A stretch of DNA of 33,577 nt from assembly GCA_035276245.1 (NCBI GenBank), contig DATELT010000204.1:1-33577 (forward strand). The letters run 5' to 3'. The translations under genes and the position numbers were made by a program. Below the pieces are notes generated by a model, which had not been told where the DNA came from, ran no database searches, and saw only the letters and a program-made list of their open reading frames with translations. Shown in pieces: positions 16,919 through 25,675 of this stretch; within the stretch, counting starts at the first letter, position 1, and each line of letters starts with the position of its first letter. This stretch comes from Chthoniobacterales bacterium. GTDB taxonomy: Bacteria > Verrucomicrobiota > Verrucomicrobiia > Chthoniobacterales > UBA10450.

Positions 16919-17410
16919 ATGAAATCTTATACCTCCGGGAGGTCGCGCCGCCGGCGCGGTCGTCCCCGCCGCCGCAGCGGCGATGGCCAGGGGCGTCGGT
17001 CCGACGCCAAAGCTGCGCCACAGAAGAAGGGATTCTGGTCCAGAATCGCCGGTTTTTTTACAGCTCCCGAAAAGGACGAACAACGCAATGGATCCCATTC
17101 GCGCCAGCAGACGCGCAGCCCGCATAAGCCGGAGCCGATCGAGGTTACCTCACCCCGGCTCTATGTGGGAAACCTGTCATTCGATGCGACGGAGAGCGAC
17201 TTGTTCGAGCTGTTCAATGGCGTCGGCCACGTCCAAAACGCCGAGGTTGTGAGCTACAAACACAACCAGCGCTCGAAGGGTTTCGCATTCGTGCAAATGC
17301 AAACCGTGGAAGAAGCGAAGCGAGCCGTGACCGAACTTCACGACAAGGAGTTCCTCGGCCGCAAGCTGGTCGTGAGCGGGGCGAAATCGACCGACCATTC
17401 GCGGAACTAA
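16919..17410 (+). CDS. RRM-type RNA-binding protein with an Arg-rich N-terminal extension
   Basis: Start at ATG 16919 (MKSYTSGRSRRRRGRPRRRSGDG...). RNP2 is LYVGNL and RNP1 is KGFAFVQM. An extension of about 80 aa precedes the RRM. Confidence 0.85.
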   Translation: MKSYTSGRSRRRRGRPRRRSGDGQGRRSDAKAAPQKKGFWSRIAGFFTAPEKDEQRNGSHSRQQTRSPHKPEPIEVTSPRLYVGNLSFDATESDLFELFNGVGHVQNAEVVSYKHNQRSKGFAFVQMQTVEEAKRAVTELHDKEFLGRKLVVSGAKSTDHSRN

Positions 17411-17428
17411 TTGTCGATCCGGATTCAA

Positions 17429-17469
17429 TCGGGAGACGTGGCCTCAAGCCCGTCTCCCGATTTTGTTTT
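17429..17469 (+). terminator. Rho-independent terminator downstream of the RRM gene
   Basis: The stem tcgggagacg (17429-17438) pairs with cgtctcccga (17451-17460) around a 12-nt loop, followed by ttttgtttt. Confidence 0.7.
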
Positions 17470-17525
17470 AAGTATTGTACGTTGGGCGTTGATAGGACTG
17501 GCCGATAAATAACCGGTCCATTGTC

Positions 17526-18446
17526 GTGAAGGATACATTCTTCATCGTTGGGCCCACTGCAGTCGGGAAAACTTCGCTCGCGATCGAGCTTGCGAAACAA
17601 TTCGATGCCGAAATCGTCAGTGCCGATGCCTTTCAAATCTATCGCGGCCTCGATATTCTTACGGCGAAACCCAATTCGATAGCACAACGTCAGGTTCGGC
17701 ATCACCTGCTTGGCCAAGTCTCGTTAGCCGAGACAATGTCAGCGGTAAGATTTGGTGAACTGGCAGGCTCCGTCTTGGCGGATATCCGTTCCCGCGGCAA
17801 GAACGCGATCATCGCCGGCGGGAGCGGGCTTTATGTTAAAGCGATCACCCATGGATTTGGTGAAGTTCCACCGCCAGATCTGAAGTTACGCGAGGAATTA
17901 AGTTCGCTTTCGATATCCGAATTAAGTCGACGCCTTAAGGAATTGAATCAGGACGTCGCTGCGCGCACTGACTTGAAGAATCCGCGTCGCGTAATCCGTG
18001 CGATCGAAATTGCCTCGGTTGCGACCGCCAACTCCGGCGGCAGTGGAGGAAACGCCACCGCGACGGCGGCCATTACCGAGAGCAATGGGAGCATTTCCGA
18101 GCCGGCCGGCGTGCTTCTCCTGCGCGACCGTAACGATCTCTACCAGCGAATTAATGAGCGAGTGAACGCGATGTTTCAAGAGGGGGTCGAAGACGAAGTG
18201 CGAGCGCTGCACAATATTGGTCCAACGGCAGCTAACGCCCTTGGATTAAAGGAAATTCGCGCCTTACTCGGCGGCCAGATTTCACGCGCGGAATGCATTG
18301 CGAAAATCCAACAGGCAACCCGCCGCTACGCCAAGCGTCAGTTGACCTGGTTCCGTCATCAAACTACTTTTCCACAGCTGAATTTGACACCGTTTTCACA
18401 TCGGGAAGCAGTCCGCGCGATCACGCGAGTGTTTCAGGAGGAATGA
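17526..18446 (+). CDS. miaA: tRNA dimethylallyltransferase
   Basis: GTG start. P-loop GPTAVGKTS is followed by SADAFQIYRGLDILTAKP and a C-terminal YAKRQLTWFR. Confidence 0.9.
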   Translation: MKDTFFIVGPTAVGKTSLAIELAKQFDAEIVSADAFQIYRGLDILTAKPNSIAQRQVRHHLLGQVSLAETMSAVRFGELAGSVLADIRSRGKNAIIAGGSGLYVKAITHGFGEVPPPDLKLREELSSLSISELSRRLKELNQDVAARTDLKNPRRVIRAIEIASVATANSGGSGGNATATAAITESNGSISEPAGVLLLRDRNDLYQRINERVNAMFQEGVEDEVRALHNIGPTAANALGLKEIRALLGGQISRAECIAKIQQATRRYAKRQLTWFRHQTTFPQLNLTPFSHREAVRAITRVFQEE

Positions 18447-19714
18447 TCGAGACCAAATCGAAGAGGCAGGCAGAACGCGCATTGCTCATCGGCCTTGAAC
18501 AGGATGGCGTCTCCAAATGGGACTTGCGCGATTCGATGGAGGAATTGCGCGAGCTCGCTAGCTCGGCGGGCGCTGAAGTGGTCGACACCGTGACGCAAAG
18601 ACTGCCTAAGCCGACGGCGCCATTTTATATCGGCAGGGGAAAAGCCGAAGCGATCAGAGATTCGGTGCAAAGCCAGCGCGTCACTTCGGTGATTTTCAAC
18701 GACGAGCTTTCACCGGCGCAGGGACGTAACCTGGAAAATCTCTTCTCGCGCAAAGTGCTCGACCGCACCCAGCTTATTCTCGATATTTTTGCGCAGCGGG
18801 CGCGGAGTCGCGAGGGCCGGCTGCAGATTGAGCTGGCGCAGTTGCAATATCTGTTGCCGCGTCTAACGAGAATGTGGCATCACCTTTCCCGCCAGACCGG
18901 CGGAATTGGAACCCGCGGACCGGGCGAGACACAATTGGAAGTTGATCGTCGCCGGGTACAGGAACGGATTGCACGGCTTGAGCGCGAGCTGGAAGGGGTG
19001 CGCAAAGTGCGCAGTGTACAGCGACAGGGCCGAAAGCGACATCAATGGCCGGTGGCAGCGGTTGTGGGTTATACCAATGCCGGGAAATCGACCCTGTTGA
19101 ATTTGATGACCGGCGCCGATGTCCTCGCGGTCGATAAACTTTTCGCCACGCTGGATCCGACAACACGCAGTTTCACCCTTCCTAACAAGCAACGTGTTCT
19201 TTTGACGGATACGGTCGGGTTCTTGCGCAAGCTGCCGCATACTTTGATCGAATCCTTCAAGGCTACGCTCGAGGAAGTCACCGAAGCCGATCTGCTTATT
19301 CACGTAGTAGATCTCAGTCATCCTCGGGTAGAGGAACAGATGGCGGCAGTCGATAGTGTGATCAAGGAACTCGATGCCTTTGGCAAACAAACACTGATCG
19401 TTTTCAACAAGATCGATTTGCTGGAAAACCCGGAGCTGGCCTCGATTTATTGCCGGCGATTTCCCGGGAGCGTCGCGATTTCCGCCAAGACCGGGCGAGG
19501 TATCGATCAATTTGTCGAAGCTATGCAAGCGGCTCTCGGTGCCTGGCGGTTGCGCTCGCATTTTCGGATTCCGCTGAGCGAGTCAAATCTCATTGCGGAA
19601 CGTCATCGCGTCGGCCATGTCCTTGAGGTGCAATATGAAGGCGAAAACGCTGTGATCACCGCTCATGTGCCGCCGCATCTCGAACAACGGCTGACGAATC
19701 TCATCGCGAAATAA
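18443..19714 (+). CDS. hflX: GTPase HflX
   Basis: The ATG at 18443 overlaps the miaA stop (ATGA). The HflX N-domain is visible (IFNDELSPAQGRNLE, LILDIFAQRARSREGRLQIELAQLQY). G motifs are GYTNAGKST, DTVGF and NKID. Confidence 0.9.
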   Translation: MIETKSKRQAERALLIGLEQDGVSKWDLRDSMEELRELASSAGAEVVDTVTQRLPKPTAPFYIGRGKAEAIRDSVQSQRVTSVIFNDELSPAQGRNLENLFSRKVLDRTQLILDIFAQRARSREGRLQIELAQLQYLLPRLTRMWHHLSRQTGGIGTRGPGETQLEVDRRRVQERIARLERELEGVRKVRSVQRQGRKRHQWPVAAVVGYTNAGKSTLLNLMTGADVLAVDKLFATLDPTTRSFTLPNKQRVLLTDTVGFLRKLPHTLIESFKATLEEVTEADLLIHVVDLSHPRVEEQMAAVDSVIKELDAFGKQTLIVFNKIDLLENPELASIYCRRFPGSVAISAKTGRGIDQFVEAMQAALGAWRLRSHFRIPLSESNLIAERHRVGHVLEVQYEGENAVITAHVPPHLEQRLTNLIAK

Positions 19715-19761
19715 CCCCGGGTCGGGTTTGCGCGGCGAAGTAACTAACCGAGACTCTTTTT

Positions 19762-20037
19762 GTGAATCGTTGGTTTCAGAAATGGATTACTCGCTTCGGA
19801 CTCGATGCCCGGCCGGCGTTGCGCCGATTTCTCATCGGTACCATTGGATTCAGCGTGTTATTCATCGGAGTGGCCATGATCGTTCTGCCTGGACCTGCCT
19901 TCATCCTTGTTCCGCTCGGATTTGCGATTTTGGCGAGCGAATTTGCCCGGGCTCGCCGCGTCTGGCGTCGCCGCCGCATCATGGTCTCGCGTGTGCGCGG
20001 CAAACCTATTGTTCGCGAGCCAATTGAAACGCGATGA
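19762..20037 (+). CDS. PGPGW-motif small transmembrane protein
   Basis: 91 aa from a GTG start, with the segment VLPGPAFILVPLGFAILASEFARARR typical of the PGPGW family. Confidence 0.6.
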   Translation: MNRWFQKWITRFGLDARPALRRFLIGTIGFSVLFIGVAMIVLPGPAFILVPLGFAILASEFARARRVWRRRRIMVSRVRGKPIVREPIETR

Positions 20038-20175
20038 GCAGGCACAGGGAACATCGGCCTCTGACCTGTGCGCCAAACAGGCTTTGAGCCCCTTTCGTTT
20101 TCGCTTGAACGTGTTTCTTTCGGCCGGCTAAAAACCGGCTGGCGCACAGACAGGAATGCCTATGTTCCGGTGAGG

Positions 20176-20838
20176 ATGACCACTCGCGAACGCGCGCTCG
20201 CTCTCGCCCAGCGATTCCGCAAAGTTTACCCCGACGCGCATTGCGAACTCGATTTCAAGAATCCGCTGCAGCTTTTGGTCGCAACGATTCTCAGCGCACA
20301 ATGCACAGACAAGCGGGTGAACATGGTTACGCCTGCACTGTTCAAAAAGTACCGCGACGCACGGGCCTTCGCACAGGCGAAACCGGCTGCATTCGAGAGT
20401 GAGATCCGCTCCACCGGCTTCTTCCGAAGCAAAACCAAAAGTATTCTTGGCGCTTGCCAGGCTATTGTCGCGAAACACGACGGGAAGGTTCCCGATACTA
20501 TGGACGGGTTATGCGCGCTGCCGGGCGTCGGACGAAAGACGGCGAACGTCGTGCTCGGCAACGCTTTTTCGAAAAACGAGGGGATCGTGGTCGATACTCA
20601 CGTCATCCGTTTGTCCCAGCGCTTTAAGCTAACGAGACATAGGGATGCTGACAAAATCGAACAGGATTTGATGAAGATTGTGCCGCGGCAGGATTGGACG
20701 CTCTGGAGCCATTGGCTGATCTGGCACGGACGCCGCCGCTGTTTTGCCCGCAAACCGGATTGCGCCAACTGCGAAGTCTTCGATGTCTGCCCAAGTGGCA
20801 AAGTTTTTCTCCGGACCGGCCAGGCAAAAAAACCGTAG
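20176..20838 (+). CDS. nth: Endonuclease III
   Basis: Start at ATG 20176 (MTTRERAL...). Motifs: LVATILSAQCTD, HhH LPGVGRKTANVVL, VDTHV, and the 4Fe-4S cluster loop C.ARKPDCANCEVFDVCPS. Confidence 0.9.
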   Translation: MTTRERALALAQRFRKVYPDAHCELDFKNPLQLLVATILSAQCTDKRVNMVTPALFKKYRDARAFAQAKPAAFESEIRSTGFFRSKTKSILGACQAIVAKHDGKVPDTMDGLCALPGVGRKTANVVLGNAFSKNEGIVVDTHVIRLSQRFKLTRHRDADKIEQDLMKIVPRQDWTLWSHWLIWHGRRRCFARKPDCANCEVFDVCPSGKVFLRTGQAKKP

Positions 20839-21046
20839 TACAGCCATCCCGGCTGTGGGGCAACGGGCATCTGCAGGTTGTTAATCGCTGCGGACGATAA
20901 GCTAGAAGGTTATCGGCCGAGGTCCGAGGCGGGCTGGCGGATGGTGGTCCCCATACTGCTGTAATCAACGGGCAAAATGCCCCTTGGCCCCCACAGGTAA
21001 AATGCCTGTGCGACAACTCGTGCCACAGGGAGCAACGATTGATTGT

Positions 21047-21523
21047 TTACCCGGGATCCGAATCTGTCGCCGGAATTTCGTGGCGATGGTGTCCGTCGTG
21101 TTCGGCTTTTAAGCGGAGCCGTTCGAATTGCTTCTCCAGCTTCTCAAGATCTTCGTCTGAAAGTTTTTCTAGATCGACAAGTTCATTGCGTGCGTTTTTG
21201 AGGGCGCGAATGACTTCATCCAGCTTCAGTTGCATCGCTTTGGAATCGCGGTTCTGCGTGTTTTGGATTAGGAAGACCATCAGGAAAGTGACAATGGTCG
21301 TACCCGTATTAATAATGAGCTGCCAAGTGTCGGAAAAGTGGAAGGCGGGACCGGTCAACCCCCAGGTGACAATGATTGCAATGGCAATGGCAAACGCCCA
21401 CGCGCTCCCGAGAATTAACGAAGATTTTCGTGCGAAGATGCGGAAGACATCGCGCACGACACCGACGGGACGACGTCTGGCTTCCTCTTCTTTCAATCTT
21501 TGCTTTTGTGTTTCCAGCGCCAT
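21047..21523 (-). CDS. Low-affinity iron permease (Fet4-like) family membrane protein
   Basis: The 158-aa ORF has the segment FSDTWQLIINTGTTIVTFLMVFLIQNTQNRDSKAMQLKLDEVIRAL, which matches the conserved core of that family as I recall it. Confidence 0.65.
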   Translation of the reverse strand: MALETQKQRLKEEEARRRPVGVVRDVFRIFARKSSLILGSAWAFAIAIAIIVTWGLTGPAFHFSDTWQLIINTGTTIVTFLMVFLIQNTQNRDSKAMQLKLDEVIRALKNARNELVDLEKLSDEDLEKLEKQFERLRLKAEHDGHHRHEIPATDSDPG

Positions 21524-21650
21524 ACAACTTTAGCTTCGCACATCGCTCTAAAAGTGCGTGCACAGGAATTGACACGCGCAGAAATGCACTCCCGGAAGTC
21601 TAAAGCCGGGCGTTGATCTTCATTACTTCCAAGGGTTAATTAGTGTAGCC

Positions 21651-22499
21651 GTGATGGACGCAAGTGAAGTTCATCTCGATCTCGACAATGCATGGCGAGA
21701 GATCGCAGACGATTTGCCGAAGATTGATGCCACGAAATGGGGACCACACCTCCGTTTTTCCACTTCGCCCCGAGTAGTCGAACAATTTTATCGCGAGATT
21801 CAGCCGCATTTCAGCAAATTCGTTCTCTATGGCTCCGGCGACTTTCATCACCTGACCGCTCTGTGGCTTCGACGCATCCACGAACCGATCACGCTGGTTT
21901 CGTTTGATAACCATCCGGACTGGGATGTTCGTCCGCCGCGCTGGTGTTGCGGCGGCTGGATCAATCGCGCACTTGAATTGCCGCACGTCCGGCAGGCGAC
22001 AATTTGGGGGTGCGGAAATTTCGAGTGCTGGTGGCCGCATCAAATTTTTGGCAATCGCAAAGCGGAACGCGCCGGGACGCTTATCGTCCATCCGTGGGCG
22101 GACGATCGGCCACCGAGCGCACAAAAACGAAACGGCGCGATTTTGCGCAAGAATTGGCGGGAACAATTCGAAAAATTCGCGAACGAACTGATCGGCTCGA
22201 ACATTTACATTACGATCGATCTGGATTGCTTGGCGTCGGATTACTCCTGCACAAATTGGGAAAGCGGAAGGTTTGATCTCGATGACGTTAGGTGGGGACT
22301 GGAGACGCTGAGGCACCACGCTCATGTCCTGGGAGGAGACATTTGCGGCGCTTATTCCCCGCCGGCCTACGCGCGAAGGAAGCAACGATTCGCGTCGGAA
22401 ATAGATCATCCAAAATTGAATTTTCCAGCGCCGGAAAAGATTCGTGCGCTTAATCAGCGCGCGTTCGAAGCGCTTTGGCCGGTGTTAACGTGTCGATAG
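21651..22499 (+). CDS. Arginase/ureohydrolase-fold family protein (divergent)
   Basis: 282 aa from GTG 21651, or from ATG 21654. Motifs appear in the right order for the arginase fold: GSGDFHH, FDNHPDW, ITIDLDCLASDY, GGDICGAYSP. Confidence 0.55.
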   Translation: MMDASEVHLDLDNAWREIADDLPKIDATKWGPHLRFSTSPRVVEQFYREIQPHFSKFVLYGSGDFHHLTALWLRRIHEPITLVSFDNHPDWDVRPPRWCCGGWINRALELPHVRQATIWGCGNFECWWPHQIFGNRKAERAGTLIVHPWADDRPPSAQKRNGAILRKNWREQFEKFANELIGSNIYITIDLDCLASDYSCTNWESGRFDLDDVRWGLETLRHHAHVLGGDICGAYSPPAYARRKQRFASEIDHPKLNFPAPEKIRALNQRAFEALWPVLTCR

Positions 22500-22591
22500 G
22501 GCGCATTGTTACTGTGGCGGTGGTCTATGACCGACATCGCTTCAGCTCATCGCAGACTTCGGAGTCCATAGGGCGCCGCTGCATGATCCAT

Positions 22592-22924
22592 CTAGCTTAA
22601 CGAGACCATTACAACGCCACCACTGATCAACGCGGCGCCAAAAAGAAGACGCGGCGTTAATTTCTCCCGCAAAATCACTGACGCCAAAATGCTGATGATG
22701 ACCACGCTCAATCCCTGAAAAGGGTAAAGATAGCTCAGGTCGAAACGTTGGAGTAATCCAAGCGTAATAAAAAATGAAAAGGTCATCGTCGCCAGACCTG
22801 CTCCGAAAAATTTCGCGAATCGGTCACTGCCAAGATCGCTTTCCATCGCATGCTTGAGGAAGAGTTGGCCGAGAATGTAAAGAATCAGCGCAACGAAAAT
22901 GAGCAATGCCGAAACAAGGGTCAC
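22592..22924 (-). CDS. Small 4-TM DMT/SMR-like half transporter (ArnE/ArnF-sized), subunit 2
   Basis: 110 aa with four hydrophobic helices. Its start overlaps the upstream stop by 4 nt. Confidence 0.7.
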   Translation of the reverse strand: MTLVSALLIFVALILYILGQLFLKHAMESDLGSDRFAKFFGAGLATMTFSFFITLGLLQRFDLSYLYPFQGLSVVIISILASVILREKLTPRLLFGAALISGGVVMVSLS

Positions 22925-23328
22925 AATTTTTCCTCCATTCGTGCAACCGGTTTAGCCACGATAAGAACTCCGATCAGAACCAGCGCGATCCCACACCAGC
23001 GTTGGGTGGAAATGATTTCACCGAGAAAAACCCACGAGCTTAACGGGATCAGCACGTGAACAAAATTGGAGAGGGGATAGGCGATGGTCAGTGGAATGAA
23101 ACGCAGGACGTAGAGCCAGCTGATGAAACTCGCGATCACGAACAAGATCCCGTACCAGACATTGGCCGAGGCGAGGCCGGAAACGCCGGTCCAGTTCACT
23201 TCGGCCGGCAAACGCGGCGCTTCGACTGCGCCACGCTTAAGGAAGAGTTCCGAAGTTGTAACTAAGAGCACGGTGAGACAAAGCTGAAACCACGGATTGA
23301 GCAAAACCTTCTTAGCTTTTTGAATCAT
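22921..23328 (-). CDS. Small 4-TM EamA-like half transporter (ArnE/ArnF-sized), subunit 1
   Basis: 135 aa with four helices and an EamA-like end, GEIISTQRWCGIALVLIGVLIV. It has 4-nt overlaps with both neighbouring genes. Confidence 0.7.
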   Translation of the reverse strand: MIQKAKKVLLNPWFQLCLTVLLVTTSELFLKRGAVEAPRLPAEVNWTGVSGLASANVWYGILFVIASFISWLYVLRFIPLTIAYPLSNFVHVLIPLSSWVFLGEIISTQRWCGIALVLIGVLIVAKPVARMEEKL

Positions 23329-24515
23329 CGGAAAAGGTGCCGGTGACTCCGCAGCACTGGATCAGTGCGAGTTGGTTCGAAAACGCGAGCGAATGCCTTG
23401 ATAAACGGGTTAAGCAGGGGCGACGTGTGTTTCACATAAACGTCCACCGCTTGCGGTTCAAGCCGCAGACGCAGTTTCGCATCGTAATTAAACGGCGCGC
23501 TAGCATAGCGATGCAAGCCGTTCGCCAGCGCCCAATTCAGTAGATCACGAAACGTGACATAATACAGATTCAGTTCATATGCGACAGAGTAGTCCAACCC
23601 GATATCATTGTCGTAGAGCGTTCCATCCCAGATGGTGCAAAAGCTGAACGCCACCGCACGCGAACCCTGGCGCCAGATGAAATAGCGGAATTTTCCGGGC
23701 GCGCTGCGACCCGCCTCCAGAAAGTATTCGCGAGTGAAAATCTCGAACTGGATCGCGCTGGTCTCCGCCACCGCGAGGTAGAGTGGATAAATTTCGTCGA
23801 TGATCTGCTCGGCGTCAGTCCAGACTTCGAAACTAATCACGGGCGAGGCACTGTCCGCGGCACGAAATTTTCGACGCAAATTCTTCCGGGTCGCCCGGCT
23901 TAGTTGCTTCGTCGCATACTCTTCGAAGGAAGCGAAATTGAGATCGAGGATTAATGGTGGAAATCCGTTTACGCGGACGTAGCCGGTCTGCTTGAGACTG
24001 GAAAAAGCGGAACGCGTTTTGGCGGGGAAGTCCTTGAACCCTACCAGTCTAATTCCAACGCTGTCGGCATACGTTTCGATGGCTTCGGCGACGAGTGGGG
24101 CCGTGGTTTCAGCCGATTCCACGGTGCCCATTTTTCCTTCACCTACAAGACAGCCCGCCAACGCAATGCGGCTTTTCAAAAAGTGCGGCCAGTGCGTCCG
24201 CAATTTCCCCACAAGTCGCGCAACGCTTGCACCTGCAGAAATAGCGAGGTCCTGACGGGCAAGAAGGAGTGGTTGCAGTGCAAGCGGTCGATCATTTTCG
24301 TCGAACACGAGCAGGTATCGGTAATCAAAACCCCACCTCATCGTCTGCTCGATCAAGTCGTAATATTGAAAATCTTTCCAGCTGTCGGAAAAACCGCGCT
24401 CCCAGAATCCCATTGGGACATCGCGAGCGTGATTAAAGACGAGCACCTGGCCGTGCGAAAGGGCAAGGGCGGGAGTTCGCGTGTCGGATAACGTGCACGC
24501 AAGCTGAGTCGTCAT
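23325..24515 (-). CDS. FemAB-like / BioF2-like (Acetyltransf_6-type) GNAT acyltransferase, paralog 2
   Basis: 396 aa. It is collinear with the upstream paralog through shared blocks: GC..GEG..G, KDF..K.R.A.S, L.L.F..F..Y, R.TRKNLRRKFR, YPLYLAV.E.S...FE..T.EY, FRYFIWR, LGLDYSVA..L.LY, Y.S.P.NYD.KL.L, EPTR.DPVL. Confidence 0.65.
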   Translation of the reverse strand: MTTQLACTLSDTRTPALALSHGQVLVFNHARDVPMGFWERGFSDSWKDFQYYDLIEQTMRWGFDYRYLLVFDENDRPLALQPLLLARQDLAISAGASVARLVGKLRTHWPHFLKSRIALAGCLVGEGKMGTVESAETTAPLVAEAIETYADSVGIRLVGFKDFPAKTRSAFSSLKQTGYVRVNGFPPLILDLNFASFEEYATKQLSRATRKNLRRKFRAADSASPVISFEVWTDAEQIIDEIYPLYLAVAETSAIQFEIFTREYFLEAGRSAPGKFRYFIWRQGSRAVAFSFCTIWDGTLYDNDIGLDYSVAYELNLYYVTFRDLLNWALANGLHRYASAPFNYDAKLRLRLEPQAVDVYVKHTSPLLNPFIKAFARVFEPTRTDPVLRSHRHLFR

Positions 24516-25672
24516 CCGTAAAGTTCGGCGGCGTTGGCGAATTTCGGCAGCACGGGATCGTGTCGCGTCGGCTCAAGCAACTTCACCACGCGGCTAAAAA
24601 TGGCATTCAAGAGCGGCTGAGTGTGTCTCACATAAAGATCGAGTGGTGCCAGATCGCAACCCAGATGCAGCTTCGGATCGTAATTGAGCGGACTGCTGCA
24701 ATAGAAGGTCAGATGGTGATCAATCGCCCAGCGCAGGATGTCGCGCAGGGTGTAAAAATAGAGATGCAAATCGAGCGCGACCGAATAGTCCAGGCCAAGA
24801 TATTCGTCGTAGATCGTGCCGCCGTGGACCATGCAAATGCTGAAAGCAATGATGCGCCGATCGAGGCGCCAGATAAAAAAGCGGACACGTTCCGGCATGA
24901 GCTGACCGAGCTTCGCCAGGTATTCCTTGGTCAGCTTTTCGAATTTCATCGGCGACCGCTCGTGCACCGCCAGGTAAAGCGGGTACACCTCGTCCAGATA
25001 TGGCGTGATATCGCTAACGATTTCGAGATCGATCTTGGCGGCGCGTTCGGTTTTGCGAAATTTCCGCCGCAAACTCTTGCGCGTGCCATAGCTTAAATGC
25101 GCGAGATAATCGTCAAAGTCGCGAAAATTCAGCGCCAGCCGGGTCATTGGCATGCTTGGGACGCGGGTAAAGTCATTGCCTGAAAATCCGGAGAGTGCAT
25201 CCCGGTATTTGGAAGAGAAATCTTTGAGAACGATTAGTGAGGCTCTGGCCCTACGTGCGATCTGCGGCAGGCAGGCGTGCAATGCTTCGGCGATCCAGGC
25301 AGAATCCTTCGAAGCGAGGGCGCCGAGATGCCCTTCTCCAGCGGCACAGCCGACCATTAGTACACGCATCGTTAGAAACCTTGGAAACTGTCTGCGAATC
25401 GCGTCAACCATGCGTCGGACTCCGCCGGGAATTCCTTCGATCAGGTTTTGCTGGACGAAAAAGAAAGGCTGAATGCCGCGGACGTTGCCGGAGAGATCTC
25501 GCAGGATCAAATATTGGTACTCGAAATCGTTCGCCAGCGTGTCTTCGATGATTTCATAGAAGCGATGATCCTTGCAACAATCCCGAAAAGCGTTACGCCA
25601 GTCTTCGTATTGCTGGAGTTCGCCCCGTGAGACGACGGCAGCGCTCCCCTCTTTAAAAGGAAACGTTGCCAT
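24512..25672 (-). CDS. FemAB-like / BioF2-like (Acetyltransf_6-type) GNAT acyltransferase, paralog 1
   Basis: 386 aa with the same block structure as paralog 2. It starts 3 nt after the MscS-like stop and overlaps paralog 2 by 4 nt. Confidence 0.65.
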   Translation of the reverse strand: MATFPFKEGSAAVVSRGELQQYEDWRNAFRDCCKDHRFYEIIEDTLANDFEYQYLILRDLSGNVRGIQPFFFVQQNLIEGIPGGVRRMVDAIRRQFPRFLTMRVLMVGCAAGEGHLGALASKDSAWIAEALHACLPQIARRARASLIVLKDFSSKYRDALSGFSGNDFTRVPSMPMTRLALNFRDFDDYLAHLSYGTRKSLRRKFRKTERAAKIDLEIVSDITPYLDEVYPLYLAVHERSPMKFEKLTKEYLAKLGQLMPERVRFFIWRLDRRIIAFSICMVHGGTIYDEYLGLDYSVALDLHLYFYTLRDILRWAIDHHLTFYCSSPLNYDPKLHLGCDLAPLDLYVRHTQPLLNAIFSRVVKLLEPTRHDPVLPKFANAAELYG

Positions 25673-25675
25673 CTC

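Noticed and set aside
17990-18110. Low-complexity Ser/Gly/Ala/Thr stretch in MiaA (ATANSGGSGGNATATAAITESNG) as a possible insertion
   Set aside because: The spacing between the conserved RAxE(I/V) and LYxRI blocks is about the same as I recall for E. coli MiaA. It is therefore a variable linker and not an insertion.
21569-21597. TTGACA hexamer in the divergent spacer between the iron-permease-family and arginase-fold genes, as a possible -35 box
   Set aside because: There is no acceptable -10 hexamer at 16-19 nt spacing. Promoter consensus for this lineage is also uncertain.
21636-22409. 257-aa minus-strand ORF antisense to the arginase-fold gene
   Set aside because: It has no recognisable motifs. 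The plus-strand frame carries ordered arginase-fold motifs and is longer.
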